Of a DNA stretch of 64,000 bases, positions 36,501 through 50,095 are shown one piece after another (position 1 is the stretch's first letter; each line of letters opens with the position of its first letter). The stretch lies in NCBI GenBank assembly GCA_043228905.1, contig JBHGNT010000020.1, positions 9,982,001 to 10,046,000 of the forward strand. Reading direction: 5' to 3'. A program made the position numbers and the translations under genes. The notes beneath the pieces are model-generated. The model did no database searches, was not told the origin of the DNA, and was given only the letters and a program-made list of their open reading frames with translations. This DNA is from Azolla caroliniana (Eukaryota; Plantae; Polypodiophyta).

Positions 36501-37315
36501 GACGGATGTACCGATCTGGAGCCACACTGTTTTGTATCCTCGCCATTTTTTATCCTTGCAGGCTACCTATATAAGGATTCCGGATTGTATGTATCAAGTG
36601 CGAGTAATACAAATCTTTGTTGTTTATTCTGTGTACTTGCCTTCTGCACTCTTATATTAGAATCATACACATGTTAATTCGTAATCGGATACTGTGTATG
36701 CGTATCGGAACATAACCAGATACCTATAATCGTATGTGTGTATTAATCCATCCCTCCGACCACACCTTTGGGGAGTATTCTGGGAAGGGAATACCTTGTG
36801 TTTGCGACTACGACTAGTTCAGGATAAACAATTATTGTCCAAATACATTTTCCCTTCAATTATATGATTTCAGACATTCTTTTCAAAAGTTATGAGAGAG
36901 AAAAAGCGAACGACTGCATGAGGTGTCAAATTCGAACCCAATCTGTCAAGAGTGCTCCATGAATGTTCAGTGTGACAAAAATGTCTTGCTCATCCAAAGC
37001 ACAGATTGTTTCACCAGTTTTTTTTGCTGAAAACTAGGGTCGTACTTGCAAGTTTATGTCTACACTTTTAAAGCATGACTCATGAGACCATCATGATCAC
37101 ATCCTTGCCAATTTGCTTTGATATTTAGAAAGGTTTATGGTTTTAATGTAAGGTTTAGTCGTAACAATAGAAAGAAAATATACCATTATGTCCATATGCA
37201 GCCAATCAGCGCCACAATCCATCATGCGTTGAGCTTCTGGAGCCAAGTTAGCAAAATCTGAGGAAAGCATCGATGGTGCTATCTTTGCTGAAGGGAACAC
37301 AGAGCCACTCACCAT
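33570..37315 (-). CDS. RPE: Ribulose-phosphate 3-epimerase, cytosolic type, 235 aa; exons 37315-37184, 35971-35967, 35685-35623, 35539-35433, 35362-35265, 34401-34309, 34200-34159, 33737-33570
   Basis: [58 protein letters not shown] and IEVDGGLG motifs. The exons sum to 708 nt in frame. Confidence 0.95.
36409..36830. mobile_element. Solo LTR in RPE intron 1
   Basis: TGTT...AACA ends, 5-bp TSD ATTAT (36404-36408 and 36831-36835), and an internal CTATATAAG. Confidence 0.85.
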
Positions 37316-40300
37316 TGTATCAGGGGATAGGGGGAGAATTCAAAAAATCTGAAATGGAAAAAGAAAACACATTTATTTACTTACATTAGTATTTATTGAG
37401 ATCTGGCAGTATATAAAACTGCTGAACAAGATCAAAAGAAAGATGCGCCCAATAGTGAGAGCTTTGATGAAATTATATTCCAGAAGATTCTGGAACTGAA
37501 CAACAGACTTCCAGGAAAATTCAGATTTGAACGACCTCACTCCAGGAGATTCCACAAATGAGCAAAAATTTCATTTATTTACTGAGATTATATGCATATT
37601 TACCTACAAATATCATTCGTATTTCACTAATCTCTTCTGCACCATAGATAAGAAGGCATGGCTATGCCTTTTCTAATGCAAAGTGTGAACATGTTCCATT
37701 CACTGTTTTTGTTCGCAAATGTTATGCCAAGATATTTTTTTTCTCTTTGTTGTAAAACAACAGAAAGATATATTCAATCGAAGCAATATGATCCAACACC
37801 CAACTAAGATTTCTATACTGAAGTTTAGAAGGAGAAGAAGAAAGAAAGATCAACAACAAAGAAAACAACCATCATTTTCTGTCGGATTCAGCAGAAAGAT
37901 AAATATTACCTCCTGGGAATGAGGAACAGAAGCAGAGAATCGATCGACTGAATTTGTTTCTTCGATGAACACGACTGAAACAGAGGCCTCTCTCTGTCTC
38001 TCTCTGTCTCTCTGTGTTTAACCGAGCTTAAGAAGAGGAAAACCGAAATTCGGAGAATACCCCTGGGGATGAATTGTTTCATTTTTAAGTATTTCCCCAA
38101 ATACCCCTGGGGATGAATTGTTTCATTTTTAAGTATTTCCCCAAATACCCCTAGAGGCATTTCTCTACAATTTTCCCCTCGCATATAAAATAAGACCTCC
38201 TTTTGACTCATCAAGGAGCATGTGCCAAGAGGCTTTCCAAGCAGCTCTACCTCCTCTTCTTCTCTCTCGATTCGTTTCCTTCTTCTTCTTCTACTCTCCT
38301 CGTCAACACCTCATCGATGATATATGTATAGAATACATATATATACAGGATTTGTCTCGAAGTGTCCTAGAAAGCACTAGAAATCTGTTATGCCGAGGGA
38401 AATATCGTGGAGGAAGAGACAATCGCGCGTATGTCTGCCCAAAAGTGAGTGCTTGAAGAAGGAGAATTCATTCTAGAGAATTTTGGTTGGCCGGCCATCA
38501 TGTAGTTATGTGATGTTCGTCCAAAGATACTCGATACCTTACTGAGTTGAAAATCCAACAACACTTTGAGGTGGCTCTAAGAACAAACACCATATATCCA
38601 TAAGTTCTTTCCAAAAATGAAGTCTCCTCGGAAATGGGCAGCGAGGTGATGCCTTACTGTTTCTTAAAAGTGTTGTTGTACCAATACTAGAGCGCATGGA
38701 TAACCTATTTTGAACCAATTATGCATCTTGTTGTGGAAAATGCCTCTTCTTGTAGATTTATTCCAATTGGTAAAGCCCAAAGTAAGTGACACCATAAGAT
38801 GGCCTCTTTCTTTTAATGACAAGGTGGCATGCCAATTTCTTCCTCTTAACATTTTTTCCACTAGAAAAGCAACGTAATTGTACACAATGGTTGATCACCC
38901 ACTATGTTGGGTTTCTCCATAGAGCAATAAGAAGAAGCCAATATACTCGGGTAGTTGTAGCTTGATTCGTTGGTAGAGTTATAGAGCCAATAATCAAGTT
39001 CCAATCATGTAAACAAAATTGTATCTCTAATGGTGGAAAATATCAAATGTTGTCCGTTGGATATACTGACATAACTCGATAACATGACTTCCATATGGAT
39101 GTCTAACATATTCACAAACATTAATCATCTCAACAAGACAATGTCATCCACAATGTTTAGCTGTTGACCTTTCTCAATCCAAGCATGTGGTGATGATACA
39201 AGTTTTTAAAAGCTTGCAATGCTCCACGTAATACTTGAATTATTATGGATGCATTTATGGTTATACAACGGAATGATAAGTTTAAAAGTTAACTTCTAAA
39301 CATTCATGCATTAGTGCATTACGACGAACATGGAGTGCGGGCCACTCCCAATAACAATAGCCACCCCCAAAACCATTACTATCATGGTCACCTACAATTT
39401 CCCAACCTAATAGCCAATGGCCAATGGAACTATAATGTCAAAGAGACCCTTTAAGGTTTCCAACTTGTATAACGGGGGCAAGAGCTCAATCAAGTGTAAA
39501 AGAGGCCTTTTGGTACCCTCAACTTTGGAGCTACCTTTTGGTCCTCATTCTATCCCCTTTATGTCCAATAAGAGAGTTACTTTCCTCCATGTAGCTTTCC
39601 CACCGAATTAATTGAGATATACATGTTTCTTATTCTAAAACTATCCATTTAATCAAGACGTGTCCTATGTCTCTTATATAGTGATTATCAAATTAATTGA
39701 GAGTAACATGTTTCTTAATTAGTATAATGATTAAATGTGGCTTTAGGCTTGAGTGCACTAGCATATGTGTACTTAAAACAAACTGGCGCTAGTGGTGGCA
39801 AGGGGAGTTGGATTGGTCCCTTCATATGAGTGCAAGATTTAGATGTTGAAAGGGTGCGAATTAGGCCAAGAAACAACACGTTTGAGACTACGGGTTAATC
39901 ATCTTGGGTCCATGATGGTATTGAGCGTATTTTGTTGGGTGAAGTCCATGAATTCTATGTGTGTATGGAGGGTTTTGTTGGTTGTTGATTTTAGTATTAA
40001 CTCCCAAGTTCATCTCCCCTCTTGCGCCTAGATCCAAAGGAGGCGATACTTTTTAATTTATTTGAACGAGAATTTAATGTAGCAAAACGCGAGGAAAAGA
40101 GATTGTAAGTCTCATGGACATATGACATGCTATCAATGCCACACAAATTGCATCAAAGTCGAGCACTCAGTTGACCGATAATTGCATCAACTTTGATGCA
40201 TAAGAATGCAACAATTTGGAAAGCAACGTAAAACTTGGAGAAGGTCAACAAACAACCGATTACATACATCAACTCATGGCCTTGGCCATCCAAAGGGAGA

Positions 40301-40644
40301 GCTGAAACTCCACGTGCTTCGAGAGATCAAGTGTCATTAGCATTGAAATGATGCACGTGTCACACACCAAGGGTAATGTGCCAGTGGGTTTAGGAAGCTC
40401 GACGACAAAGGATACGTAACGAACATTGGTTTTATTGGAAAAGCACGAAGCGGGAGGGGTATTGTGGGCAGGTGGACCCCCTCCTAGGCTCTCCTACTGT
40501 TTCCATTATGTTTTTTGTTATTACTTTTTCATCTGCTTGCTACTAACTATACTATGGTTAGGAGGAGAAAACCCGAGAATGCGAGGCCCTTCCGCGAACT
40601 CCAATTCACGCTATGATCGCTATGATCGAGACTAGTGCTCTTAG

Positions 40645-40841
40645 AGATTGGGGCCCATGTGTGGAATTGGGCGGACAAAAGAAATTTGGGCAGGCTTTTT
40701 TGGGCAGGCAAAGTGTGAAACCGAACCAGCCTCAGAGCTCAAACCCTAGAAAACCCTAGAAAGGACCCATAGACATGGTTCTCTGTGTCTCTTCTATATA
40801 ACAGAAGACAAAACCCTAGAATTGGAAGGAACACAGAGCAT

Positions 40842-40880
<39 letters not shown>
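40645..40880 (+). promoter_or_regulatory. Pol II promoter-like cluster (site II, telo-boxes, TATA, GA repeat)
   Basis: TGGGCCC at ~40650, AAACCCTA three times (40741-40820), CTATATAA at ~40794, and (GA)n at 40843-40880. Confidence 0.55.
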
Positions 40881-40884
<4 letters not shown>

Positions 40885-43617
40885 GGAAGATCAATGGGGC
40901 CGGAGCAATGAGGAAATGTTTCTAACCAGTCTAATATGCCAGTTCTGCTTCTGATTCATTCTGATGATAACTGGTACAAAAACAGTGCTGAGCTCTCCCC
41001 CCCCTTCTCTGCCTGCCTGTATAATCTTTCTTTTCGTCGATCCTGTTTGTTTGTGATCTTCTTCCTTCTTAGTTGTCTTCCTGTTCCCCTCTCCTTTCGA
41101 TCTGTCTGATTCCTGCTGCAACTGGGCGCTTGTTATTCATTATCCCTTCAACTCTCCTCGGCAAGGATTGAGAGATTTATCCGCGCTTCTGATTTGATTG
41201 TTTTTTCATGAAGAGAAAATCTTGATCTATTGGTTGATTTTCTTCGTATGAGCCGACGCTGTTTTTATCTGTTATAAATTGTCTTTGTTGTCTTTCTACC
41301 CTCTCAGCCACCGCAATCTGTAGATAGTTCCAAGCATTTCTTGATTTCTCCCTTCTAATGGAGAGCTTCATTCGAACTGGTGATAATTTTGATTTACTTT
41401 GGATATGGAGTGATCAGTAACCAAATTACGTTAATTCATTTATTTCGTATCCATATGCAATGCCACCATCGTCTTATGACATTGTATGAAATAATGTAGC
41501 GAAATAGTCGCAAACTTGATTGATTCTACTATTTCTCCGCTTAATCCAAACTGCAACACTATGATGGATTTGTCTGCTAAACTGATTAATCAAACATCTC
41601 CCGCAAACTTCTTGAAGAACAGAAAACCGAAATTCTTTTGACATGAAGGCAACTCCGTTGAAATCATGGATTGTTAACGAAACCTGTACTGAATTAGTCC
41701 ACATCAAATCAATGCACGAACATCAGGTAGCCGTAATGCTATAGTTGAACATGAAGTAGTTTCAGTCAGCCGTACTGCAATTTCGATGAGCTCTGGTTAT
41801 GGAAGAGTTTGTCCGATCGTAAGAGTCATTTTCTCTAATTCTTGGGGTGATAAACTGTGGCTGAATCGATCTGTCAAAAGCTCCTTAAGGAATAAACAAT
41901 CTTTTTCGCTCACATGGGTAGGTCTTTTCTTAACAATGTGTTGAATGACTTTAGAAACATGTAGATTGTTAGTCTTTTTTGTGGTTTTTATCCGTGAAGC
42001 CTCCCCAGAGAGAATCTCTGGACCACTGATAGATTATCGATTGATTGAACGATTCTCTCTTAAGTTACATGTAGATGTCGATTGACAGTTGCGCTGTTGA
42101 TGTTGAGATCTAAATATTCTCCTTCTCACTTTGTGGGGTTTCACATCATAATTAAGGATTCCCCAGCAATAAAACATATGAATTGAAAGAAACCAATTGA
42201 AGAAAGGTATGTATGATTAGCATTATTTTTCAAGGCAGATATGCTCATGGCGATAATAACTACATCGCCTAACATATGAGCAAAACAATAACCAGCTTCA
42301 ATGCAAAATAGTCGTCATGATCCTAAACCTTAGACAAAAACCTTAAAGCTGAGCTACCCCCTATGGAAAATAATCTTTACCATTTCAAACCTTAGATGAT
42401 AGCTGGTTAAAAAGAAAATAGTGCTGCTTTACCTTTTGTAAATTTTATGCCTTCACCAAATCTTATCTAAAATTTCACGCAACGAAGGTCAAGAATCAAA
42501 TTTGTCTGCTATTCATTGGCGTAAAAGAACACACATTCTACTCATCAATTGGGAATTCGTTTTACTCCATCCATTCAAGGTTCGAAATTTTATGGAATTA
42601 AATCATTGAAAAGAATTGTGTAAATTTAAAGGCATTGAATATGAATCAGGTGGAAACTGGTTGAAATTTTAGAATATATGCAGTAAATGGATTACCAATA
42701 GATCAACACATGTCTGAGTCACAAGGATTATTGCTAGTTAACTGGAATTGATTATATGTTGAAGTAGTCTAAATATGTTCCATTTTATTTTGTCGGTTTT
42801 TTATCTCATAAAAAATTTGAGTTTCCCCACCAATAGTATATGTATGCAAGTAACAAATTGAAGAAAGGTTTGAATGAATAATAGTAATTATTTTGAAGGC
42901 AGATATGATAATGCTCATGCATTCTATATATCTACATAGCTTAATATAGGAGCCAACAATAACTGGTTTGAATGCCAAATCTTCATGATCCTCCTCAACC
43001 TTTACATGAAACATGAGAAAGGCAGTAGACATTTTAAAAAGAAAGTAGATTTGAGTCCAACAGGGATTCGCCAACATAACATAAGTATATCACGAGCATG
43101 GAACATGGAATGATGATTACTTTATATATATATATATATATATGACATGGGAAAGTTCATGAATTTATTGAACTACAATCCAAGCAAAACATAATGGATA
43201 TGGCACAAGAAAGGTCATGAATCTCTTGAATGAAGATTTATGACCCTAGGACTACCCAAAGCTTAGGTTACAATAAATAATCCTCGCAAAACATAACCAT
43301 GTGGGTGAATATATATATATATATATATTATATAATGGTCCTTCATAAAAATGTGAGTGTAGAATATGTAATTCCTTAGGGGCGGAATGTAGTGTATTTA
43401 ACAACTCTTATTGAAAGGGATGGAGATGCGTTAAGATGAGAAAGTGTGCCGGGGGGTTTCCACAAATTGTAATGTTTTAACATCTCGTATGAATGGATGG
43501 TTCTCACATGAACCAAAAACTATGGTTATCCACCTTCACTAGACCTCCCAAGTCCTCGAAAAATTGTATCATAATTACATTTGAATTCCTTGTAAAAATA
43601 GTTCATCGTTGCGGTAA

Positions 43618-43869
43618 TTATATATCATCTACAATTGTACATTTTTGGGGGGTAACATTCAACAAATGATGTGTAAAGTCATCAATACACTTACCATACA
43701 TAGCCCTAAACGGCGTTATTTGAAAACAAAAATGCCTTCCTAGTTGAATGATACAAGGTGCAACTTTACATTGATGATTGTACAACCTTGGAAAAATACA
43801 AGGTAGGGCCCAAACTCTCATGGCTATATATGGCCCTTTGTGCAACAGAAACCCAAGCATTTCAATCAT
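43618..43869 (-). pseudogene. Possible highly decayed Ty3 integrase fragment
   Basis: Only an integrase-like ITPFRAMYG segment preceded by YN supports this. Confidence 0.25.
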
Positions 43870-45182
43870 ATTTAGCTCGATAGTTTAATTGGAACATTAA
43901 TACTTTCCTCTTAATGCATAAATAGCACGATTGCTAGAACAAGAAAAAGTGATCATTGATGTTTTTGAATGGGTGGAACAAGAACAATACGTGAGTGGGC
44001 ATGTAAAGATTCTTGATCCGCACCTAATTAAATTATTCGGTTCCACATGTACGTTTGAGTGTTTGAAAGTATGCGAGAGCACCACCGCAACCATTTCATT
44101 CAACGTGTTGTATTTGTGTTTGTTTTGAACTCCATAGTTTAGTATTTACAAGTCATTTCAAAGAGCCCTTGAAGTAAGGGTATTATCACATGCTCAAGTT
44201 CCAAACCTCTCATTATGTGCACCTTTCATATTATGGGTACTAACCCAAAATCCAGATTGATTGGTGGCCAACATTGTGTAACGAGTAAAAAGAATAGGGT
44301 TGCTATAAATTTACATGTGTTGATGTCGTTGTCAAATGGCTAGAATTTTTTTTCATTCATGAATTGCCAGAAACGAGATGTAGACGAATAACAATTTCAG
44401 ATGATTTAGTAAAATCAAACGGTGAGATTTGGTTGATGGTTGGAAATTTGTCTTTGTTCAAAATAACTATAAGCAAATGAAATCCCTACTACAGCCTAGG
44501 ACCAATATTTCCAAATATCCTTCAATAATTTGATCTTACGATAGGTCGCTTGATAAGTTACAACATTGACAAGCTTTTTTTTACAATCGCTCGGTCGACA
44601 AGATATTAACAATCGACTGACGAAGAACAACTATTTATGATTGATCAATTGACTATTGATAGATAGACTAAGAACAACTATTTATGATTGATTAATCGAC
44701 TACTTATTATCAATCGAGCAATAAGTCGCTAATGTCGACCGAAGTGAAAACTCTATTCTCGAACATCGGATGAACAAGTCACCATGAACGACTTCTAACC
44801 ATATATTGTGTGTCAAGTAGATCGAGAATTCGATATGATAAAAACCGATCGATCGACCAAAATAACTCGTTGGACCGACGGACAATCGGAGGATTGGATG
44901 GATGGATGGATTGTCGACGATTATTACAAGATCGACAGAGATGATCTGTTGGCCAGAAACGATTGATTGTGTGATCCCCGACAGTGGTAAGTGCATGATG
45001 GATCGACGAGTCAATGTGAGAAACCGTATGATGGATGGGGGCGTGGCGGCCTATCGGGTAATCGGATGGATCGATCGATCGAATGGCAACAACTTACAAT
45101 TGTGTAGGAAGGAAGAAAGTATGATTGATGAGACAAAAGTGATTGAGATGATCCCCCTTCAAAATAATAGCTTTCATTCCAA

Positions 45183-45218
<36 letters not shown>

Positions 45219-46073
45219 TCTATTATTACTGTCTCTGTTTTCTCTTTTCTCTGTTTTTTTAGTATTGTGAAACAGAGGACTCTGCTACGACAAAGTCAAT
45301 TAGTAAAAAGAAAGAAGAAGAAGAAGAAGAAGAAGAAGAAGAAGAAGAAGAAGAAGAAGAAGAAAGAGCCCAACGGATCCAAAAGAAGGAAGAAGAAGAA
45401 GAAGAAGAAGAAGAAGCAGAACGAATCATATAGTCTTCCTTGATTGCGCAGAAAGAGATAGATAGACCTGATAAAGAAAAACCCTTAAGATTTGCATTAG
45501 GGAGCGAGGGAGAGACAGAGAGACAGAGAGAGGGGATCCTAACTGTCAATGAACGTGAAGGAGTGGAAGAACAACATCCTTAATTGTCAATGTGTTTGTT
45601 TTAGAGAGAGTGTGTATGAAGAGGTATAATCCAGATTTCTGATGAAGAAGGAGAGAGAGAGAGTGTGTCAGGGCCCATCAAGAAGCTGTCTTTCAACATA
45701 TAAGAAAACCCTAATGTTTTTGAAAGATAGATAGATAGGGCCTGCCTATCCTCTTGACTTTTCAATGCAGAGAAGCACGTTGCTAGGAAATCCTAGTTTT
45801 CATAGAGAGAGAAAGAAAGAGAGACAGACAGACAGAGAAAGGGGGCTGTATGCATGTCCTTGGAATGACGTAATGGCAAACCCTAATCTCCAGTGATACA
45901 GAATATCCTTGGAATGTAGTGAAGGAAAACCCTATTTTCTATAGTGAGCGAGGGAGAATAGAAAATCAACTGCAGATTTCTGAAATCATATAGAACAAAT
46001 ATACAAAACCACACAAGATATTCTATCATACAACCATTCATCTTTTCATACAAAACATTCATGACCCTGGGAG

Positions 46074-48509
46074 ATGGATTTCTCCCTCAAATCATTGTCT
46101 ACAACATCATCAGGAGAAAGGAATCATGCAAACAAGGATAAGAGTAAACAAGAGATGGGCGAAAGTGGTTTGGGTGGACATTTGCAATCGCGATGGGCAG
46201 CCATTACCAAAGCACGCCAGCGTGTTGAAGCCCTGAAGAATCTGATTGGTCCTCTGGATTCTCTCAATATTTTGCAAGAATCGGAATGGCCAGCCAAATT
46301 GCTTTTAAAAGACACGACCATTGCTCAATTAATTATTTCTCGCATTTCTAGTGCAAAATCGGGTCATGGAAAAGATCCCCTCTGCCAATGGCTCTATGAT
46401 ACATTCCAAACGAAAGAGCCGGATCTTCAAGATGTTGTTCTCAGGTAATTTACTTCAAAGAAAGCTTGATTTTCATCGACAATTTGATATTTGATATTAA
46501 GAATTAGAGAGTTCTTTTCGAAACCTGAATATCTGAAGCTTTGAGACATTATTCTCAGGGGCCTTTTTTTCAAACGAAAACTTCCTGTTCTTTTAAAAAG
46601 ATTATCTCAAGAAAGGCATCTTGGCTAGAGGGAAAATGAATCTCTATGATGAAAAAGATGAAAACCACAAGCTTGGAAACCTTATACGTAATCCAAATCT
46701 TTTTTATTGTGATTTGTCATTTAACCCATGTTATCTTACAATGTTAAGTGGGTTTCTGTACATAAAGTTTGTTTAACAATCATTCAATGGATCCAATTCT
46801 GATTGTATTGGAACCATGGGAATCACAGTGCATAATCCTAGCAAAATTTTGAGATTTAACCAAAAGATAAAGAGTTAAACGCACTATTTTTTTATTGCTT
46901 AAATATTTCTGTTTCGTTTTCTGAAGCTGCCTGTTGATCAATGTGTCTCCATTGCATCCATTCAATGATGTGTTATTGGATATGTTGTATCTGCTACGGT
47001 GGTTTCAGAAAACTGTTTTTGTATCATTAGTGTTAAGTTGGGAAGGACTTGATTTGAGATGTAGCAATAAAGAATATACAGTTTTTGGATTCATGAATAG
47101 TGTACCCTAATTGATTTTACCAGACAAAATTGTCTACCCATTACATATTTACTGATATTTATGAACATTTCGGAGGATATTGGAGCAGGAAAATTATGCA
47201 AATTTGAGAAATGAGATTGCAGCACCCTAAACCATCATTTTTTCATTACTTATCAAATGTTCCATTATTTTAACTAGTTTGTAAGGTTGGTTTTATAAGA
47301 ATTCATCTTTGCCAAAGTGTTCTCTGACCTATTTGATTTCTATACCTCGATCCTTTTTTTTTATTAACAGTTGCTTCTTTTTATTGGGTCACCTAATAGG
47401 CGTTTTCTAACTTTCTGCGATTGACCAGGTATATACCGGCTATTTGTGGAATCTATCTTCCTAGAATCACTACACACGGGGATGATTCTCTTGCAGGATT
47501 TGAAGCTGTTCTATTAGCATTATACAGTTCAGAAACAAAAGTTCGTAATGGACGCCCACTCACAATTAGCATTTCTGATCTTTCACACCCAAGCCTTTAT
47601 CATGCCCCTCGAATTCCTTCTACAAAAACATCAGAGCCACCTCTTGGGCTAATCTCACCATCTTTAGAGCCTCAAGAAGCAGTCAAAGCTACCAAGAGAG
47701 CTTGTATCGTTGGTGTGGCTCTAAATCTTTTCTTATCCAGGATTGCTTATATGCCCCCGAAAGCTAAGATTGAGGCTTGTCAATCTGCTTTCAGATGGGC
47801 TAGCGTCTTTTCTGATGAAGATGTGGAAGGTAGAGTAAAAACACATGAAAATGGAAGTGAAAAAAGAATATTGGACTCAAGTTATCATCTTGGCACATCA
47901 TCATCAGCTAGAAGTCTTCCCAAGATCGAGATTCCTGAACCTGGGGAGGTTTCTGTAGAGAATATTACGTATCTCCCTCATCATGAAAAAGTTCGTGAAT
48001 CGAGTCACACACGTAACATGTCTTTGAAGGAAGCCTCAAATGAGGTTTTGCTGGTCAATAATAACTCTCCAACTCATCACGAAAAAGCCTGTGAATCCAA
48101 TCACATTCCTAATGCGTCTTCAACTTTCATGCAAGCATCAAATTCGAACTCAATTGATTCGTCAGAATTAAATAATGTTGATTTCGCAAGACAGCTTATG
48201 CAAGCTGGGAACGGAGCAAGGATCCCACTTCAGTGGGAGTTTCTTCAGCCTATAATAAGGATACTAGGCCATTGCTTGATGGCACCCTTTAACTCCGAAG
48301 AAGTGAAAGGTGTGGCATCTTTGGCCTTAGAAGCTTTGCATCACAGGGCTTCTCATGATCTCATTCCAGAAGCCATACTTGCCACTCGTAGCCTTCTGCG
48401 GTTGGATTTGGCATCGAAAATAGCCATTAACACTCTACCCATCTCGGTAAATTCTGCCCCTAGCTCATCAAAACCACAGAAACCCAAAAATCTGCTTGTA
48501 TTAAAATGA
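46074..48509 (+). CDS. Hyccin/FAM126-family protein (PI4-kinase complex subunit), exons 46074-46444 and 47429-48509
   Basis: DPLCQWLYDTFQ, SLAGFEAVLLALY, DLSHPSLYH and RIPLQWEFLQPIIRILGHCL motifs typical of plant hyccin. One phase-2 GT-AG intron. Confidence 0.88.
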
Positions 48510-50095
48510 AAAATGGAAAATTATTACCTATTCACAAAGTTTATTGCTGATACTAAATGCTCACTTTCTCATGTATACAACGTTATTCCTATAACGTTAT
48601 TTTTGCCTTACATTGTTTTGCCATGTATCAAAGCTCTCTATAGAGATTTGTCATCCGCTCTACAAAGAGATTTATAGTATGGGTGAAATGTTACAATATC
48701 AAAACTGGAAAAAATTTGTTCTTCCCTATGTAGTTGATCCATGTCCATTCTTGGTCAATGCATTGAAAGCAGGATATCTTTGTGTACATACCCAAGAGCC
48801 TAGCATTGGTTTCATTGTTTTCCCCCACTGCCTCCATTGCAAAGAGCGTGAGAGGCTATTTGAGAACATTGGATCTAGGATGATATCTTGTAATTCCTGA
48901 TCTTATGATTCTGATGATGAGTGTGGTCATTTCTTTTATGCATGTTACTATGGCATTCATCTTGACTAGATGTAATATGTTTTATAAACACCATTCAGTC
49001 TTGGGAAAACATTCACTGTGGATGGTAAATCTATATACCATAGAACACATCTCTATTTTACATATAAGATCCCACAGTTGTAATATTCAATCAATTTTAT
49101 ATGCTTATACACAGAATGGTGGATAGATATTGGAATTGTGACCTCACTGAATTATGAGGGTTTTATTATCACTATCTTTGTGGAACTTCTTACCCATATG
49201 CTCACTTGCTTCCATTAGTACAAATTCTATACATACATACATGACCGTCCTACTCTACATGTATATACAGATTAGTGAAGTTTTTGTGAAATCTCTTTCT
49301 TTCCAGCAATATCCATGTTAAGGAGATCTAACTAAATCCTAATGGCATACAATTTCATGTAAAGGTTGTGCCCTCTTCCACTACCTTCCATTTTGTTGGA
49401 TTAATACAAGTTTAACATTTTATGTTGTCATCCACACTCAAGCGCATGCAGGTGTTAACCAATATTATGAGGCATAAATGATCTACCAGTGGCCCTTTCA
49501 ATGGTATCATTCTGTCAGGGCCACATTTACACCGTCATTGAGAAATTAGAGCTATAGGTGCAGAAGATACTTAGTACCCCAATGGCCCTACCCATAAACA
49601 ATGAATACCAAATGCTGTAACATTGTGCAGCAAGAATACAATGAAGGAATTTATGACTTGATTCATATCAAATGATGTCTATTTTTCAACAAAAATTCCT
49701 AGTTCACCTGGGAACACCCACCAACAATTGGGCAACCAAACAATGTGTAGGTTAAACAAGCTTTTCATTCTGCTGTTTCATTGTATGGATCAAACGCAAG
49801 AAATGACATTATATATTTTGTAATTTTGTGTGCAAAGAGGAAAATAATCAATATCCAAAATTAAATTCCATCTATTTTACTGAAATAGACGCCTAACAAA
49901 CGAATGGATTGAAAGAAGAGGCCAATCAACGTGTATGATACTGATTACAAGAAGAATCTTAAATCAATTTGCTCTCAAACTGCTACCAAGATGGATTATG
50001 TTAACTTCCAATTCGTAACTCCACTATTACACTTGATGACTGAGAAACGGTGACTAGGCTAGTCTATATTTACAAATACGCAACTGGGAAGATTT

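Noticed and set aside
38500-40400. Possible decayed DNA transposon (GFTNWNK resembles a hAT zinc-finger motif)
   Set aside because: Only one short motif supports it, which is too little.
40880-41180. Known miRNA hairpin
   Set aside because: It does not match any conserved plant miRNA I recall, and there is no clear long stem.
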